This document shows, piece after piece, positions 49,892 through 52,196 of a stretch of 52,196 bases of DNA; position 1 is the stretch's first letter; every line of letters begins with the position of its first letter. Source of the DNA: Octopus bimaculoides (lineage: Eukaryota). Below the pieces are notes generated by a model. The model searched no databases. It was not told the origin of the DNA and saw only the letters and a list, made by a program, of their open reading frames with translations. Position numbers and translations under genes: made by a program. The stretch lies in NCBI RefSeq assembly GCF_001194135.2, contig NC_068983.1:82323172-82375367 (forward strand), given 5' to 3'.

Positions 49892-49958
<67 letters not shown>

Positions 49959-49960
49959 TA
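49107..49960. repeat. (TA)n with higher-order TGTATATATA(TA) units, gap inside
   Basis: Regular G interruption every 10-12 nt in 49466-49740. Confidence 0.9.
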
Positions 49961-51731
49961 TGCATGAAAATGCTGATAAATATCTCTTGTGTGTGAGTGT
50001 ATATGTATGTGTATTTTTGTGTATGCATCCCTATTTTTGTGTATACATCCCTATAGTTAATTGGTAATTACATGATTCTATCCACACTATAGTTACATGG
50101 GGGTATCTGGGTGAGTGATAGTGATCCTGAGTCAAGCTCAACATCACATCAACAGAGAATTGCTAATATGCCTGTATAAAAACCATGGTTTAGACTTAAT
50201 TATATGGTTACCAATGCACACATATAATAGACTTTTACACACAATTTACCACAAGTATGAGTGGTTGTTGAATAAATTAAAGTTTCACAGCTATATCTTA
50301 GCACATACCGGTTACATATGTATGTAATTATGTGTGTAAATATGAGTGTGTTTGTCTGTGTGTGTTTGTGTATGTATGAATGTATGTATGCTTTTCTATC
50401 TATCGATATATATATCTATATACATAGATATGTATATATCTATCGAAATATATATATCGATATATCTATCTATCTATCTATATATATATGTATATATATA
50501 AACACATATTTATAAAGGTCTGATGATGTATAAAAAATCAAAATTTCGCTGTAACACTCAGCTATATCTTTCTAAATTTGTTAATCACTAAACAGAGAGC
50601 TATTGAGTGGTTCCTTGTCTTCATGTCTGACTGTTATTATATATATATAAATAAAAACAAGCATTATTTTTCATAATATCTATAACCCAATTCTTTTTAC
50701 ATATTATGTGCAGACTCGTTTTGTTTAATAATCTCCATGTATCATACATTAGCTGTTGAATAAATTTGTAACTACTCAACATAGAAATAAAGGTTTAACT
50801 AAGATCACATAGTTAATAAAAAATTTATCTAAGTTTAGAACATTACTTTTCTTACAAGTAAACTCTGAGTGACAAAAGCCTATACATTCTCATCTACCCT
50901 GTTAGAAACAACAGTCAAATCTCCCTCAAATTGTACAAAACAATCTTAAACACGGACATGTTTAAAAACGTCCTATCAGACTGCACTATTCTTGAAGATT
51001 AGATGGGATGGCTATATTTGAATATTCTTGCTTATAAATTTGCATTGTCATGGCTGTGCAGGGTCTTAAACAACAATAAGACCCAAGCCATAGTTAGAAA
51101 TGTACTTTTATACAGAGGTCTAGACAGAGTTTGTGCTGCCTGGTGCAGTCATTGAATTTTCCAGCCCTCTTTCATGGAAAATATAACGTAATACACATCA
51201 AACGCACTTAAACAAAAACATGCCAACTAAAATGGACCACCCGCTTTGGACAGTTTTCAGCTACTCTTCTGTTCTTATGCAACAAAATGTTCAGCAACAG
51301 CTTTTACAAGGGTAACGAGATTTATTCATTATTCAGATAAACACTAGTAATTAAAATATCAACCAATTATATACTGAGATATATAGAAATATATTTCAAT
51401 TACAAGTAACAAATTTCAGTTGATTATCTAAAGATATGATATAAAACTACACAATGAATTTACTGTCATGGAGAAACTGAAATGAAATATATTTGCAGAT
51501 ACAGTTTATAGAAAATTACATCCTAACATCCATTCAGTTTTTACATCCTCTGCCCCACCTTCACTCCCTTCTCTTTGTCAGTGTCATCATTATTTCACTC
51601 ACTGTTTTTCCAAATCAGCATGTGTAATTTGGATTGTTCTGATATTCCATCTATTCACAGTTCTCTCCATTTTTACAGTAGCATTTTCTGTGAGCAGATT
51701 CAAATAAAGTATGTAGTTTCTCATGATATGT

Positions 51732-51800
51732 GGTTTGTGCCTGATGAATAGGTTTGAGGTATTTCTAAACATATGAAACTATTAGTAGCTCATAAAAACC
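51732..51800 (+). ncRNA. Type-I hammerhead ribozyme motif, intact core
   Basis: Stem I GGTT-TGTGC/GCTCA-(TAA bulge)-AACC. CTGATGA at 51741-51747. Stem II ATAGGTTTG/TAAACATAT. GAAA at 51775-51778. Stem III ACTAtTAGT. GTA at 51785-51787. Confidence 0.8.
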
Positions 51801-52196
51801 TGCACTGTCTATCAAATATTTATCTCTGACCCGATAGAGTATTTTTTTGTTGATCTTACCATCATGGTACAGTACATTATAAATATATATTTCATATGCA
51901 TACATTCACATATACATGTCTTTATATAGAGTAACAGACACACACACACACACTTTTCATCCCTTCCAAGATTAGCTAACTGAGGTGATATGTCCATTGT
52001 TTTTCTTTAGCCAATTTCAAAAAGAAAACCCTGTCCTAACAACATTATTTAAAAAAATTTTGACTGACCAATGTAATTGCTTAGTGGAAAATAAGCACAC
52101 ATGTAGAACTGTGCTTTTTATGACCAAATGTAGAAGACGATTTGTCCTCTAATTGCAAGGATAATCTAAGATAATTGCAGTTTTACAATACACTAT

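Noticed and set aside
50515-50570. CTGATGA in a short segment between TA tracts
   Set aside because: No GAAA and no supportable stems.
51050-51095. Hairpin GGGTCTTA/TAAGACCC with outer TGGCT/AGCCA (and a similar 8-bp hairpin near 38625-38656)
   Set aside because: Short stems of this size are expected by chance, and no family or context supports them.

Overview
AT-rich, repeat-saturated eukaryotic DNA from a gapped short-read-type scaffold with 12 N-gaps. The extreme (TA)n/(CA)n/(CAT)n density and the tRNA-derived SINE families resemble an Octopus/cephalopod genome; this is inference and cannot be verified here. I find no convincing host protein-coding exon. Almost all long ORFs in the track are microsatellite or N-run artefacts, and the real coding remnants belong to transposons: a Penelope-like element (RT + GIY-YIG), CR1/L2-group, RTE and R4/Dong LINE 3' ends, and four Tc1/mariner relics. 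The main signal is a set of about 10 type-I hammerhead-ribozyme motifs from at least six sequence-unrelated units. Most lie in head-to-head fold-back (palindromic) insertions whose two outer 3' ends abut (TA)n or TA-rich tracts. One fold-back is the Penelope element itself, tying the short hammerhead fold-backs to Penelope retrotransposition. Other notable items are a SINE/LINE shared 3' hairpin with compensatory changes, a 154-bp solo LTR with a 5-bp TSD nested in a SINE, a 156-bp hAT MITE, a Helentron-type HINE, an in-frame duplication of an RT motif, and a local ~360-bp duplication. SINE family letters A-E are my own working labels.
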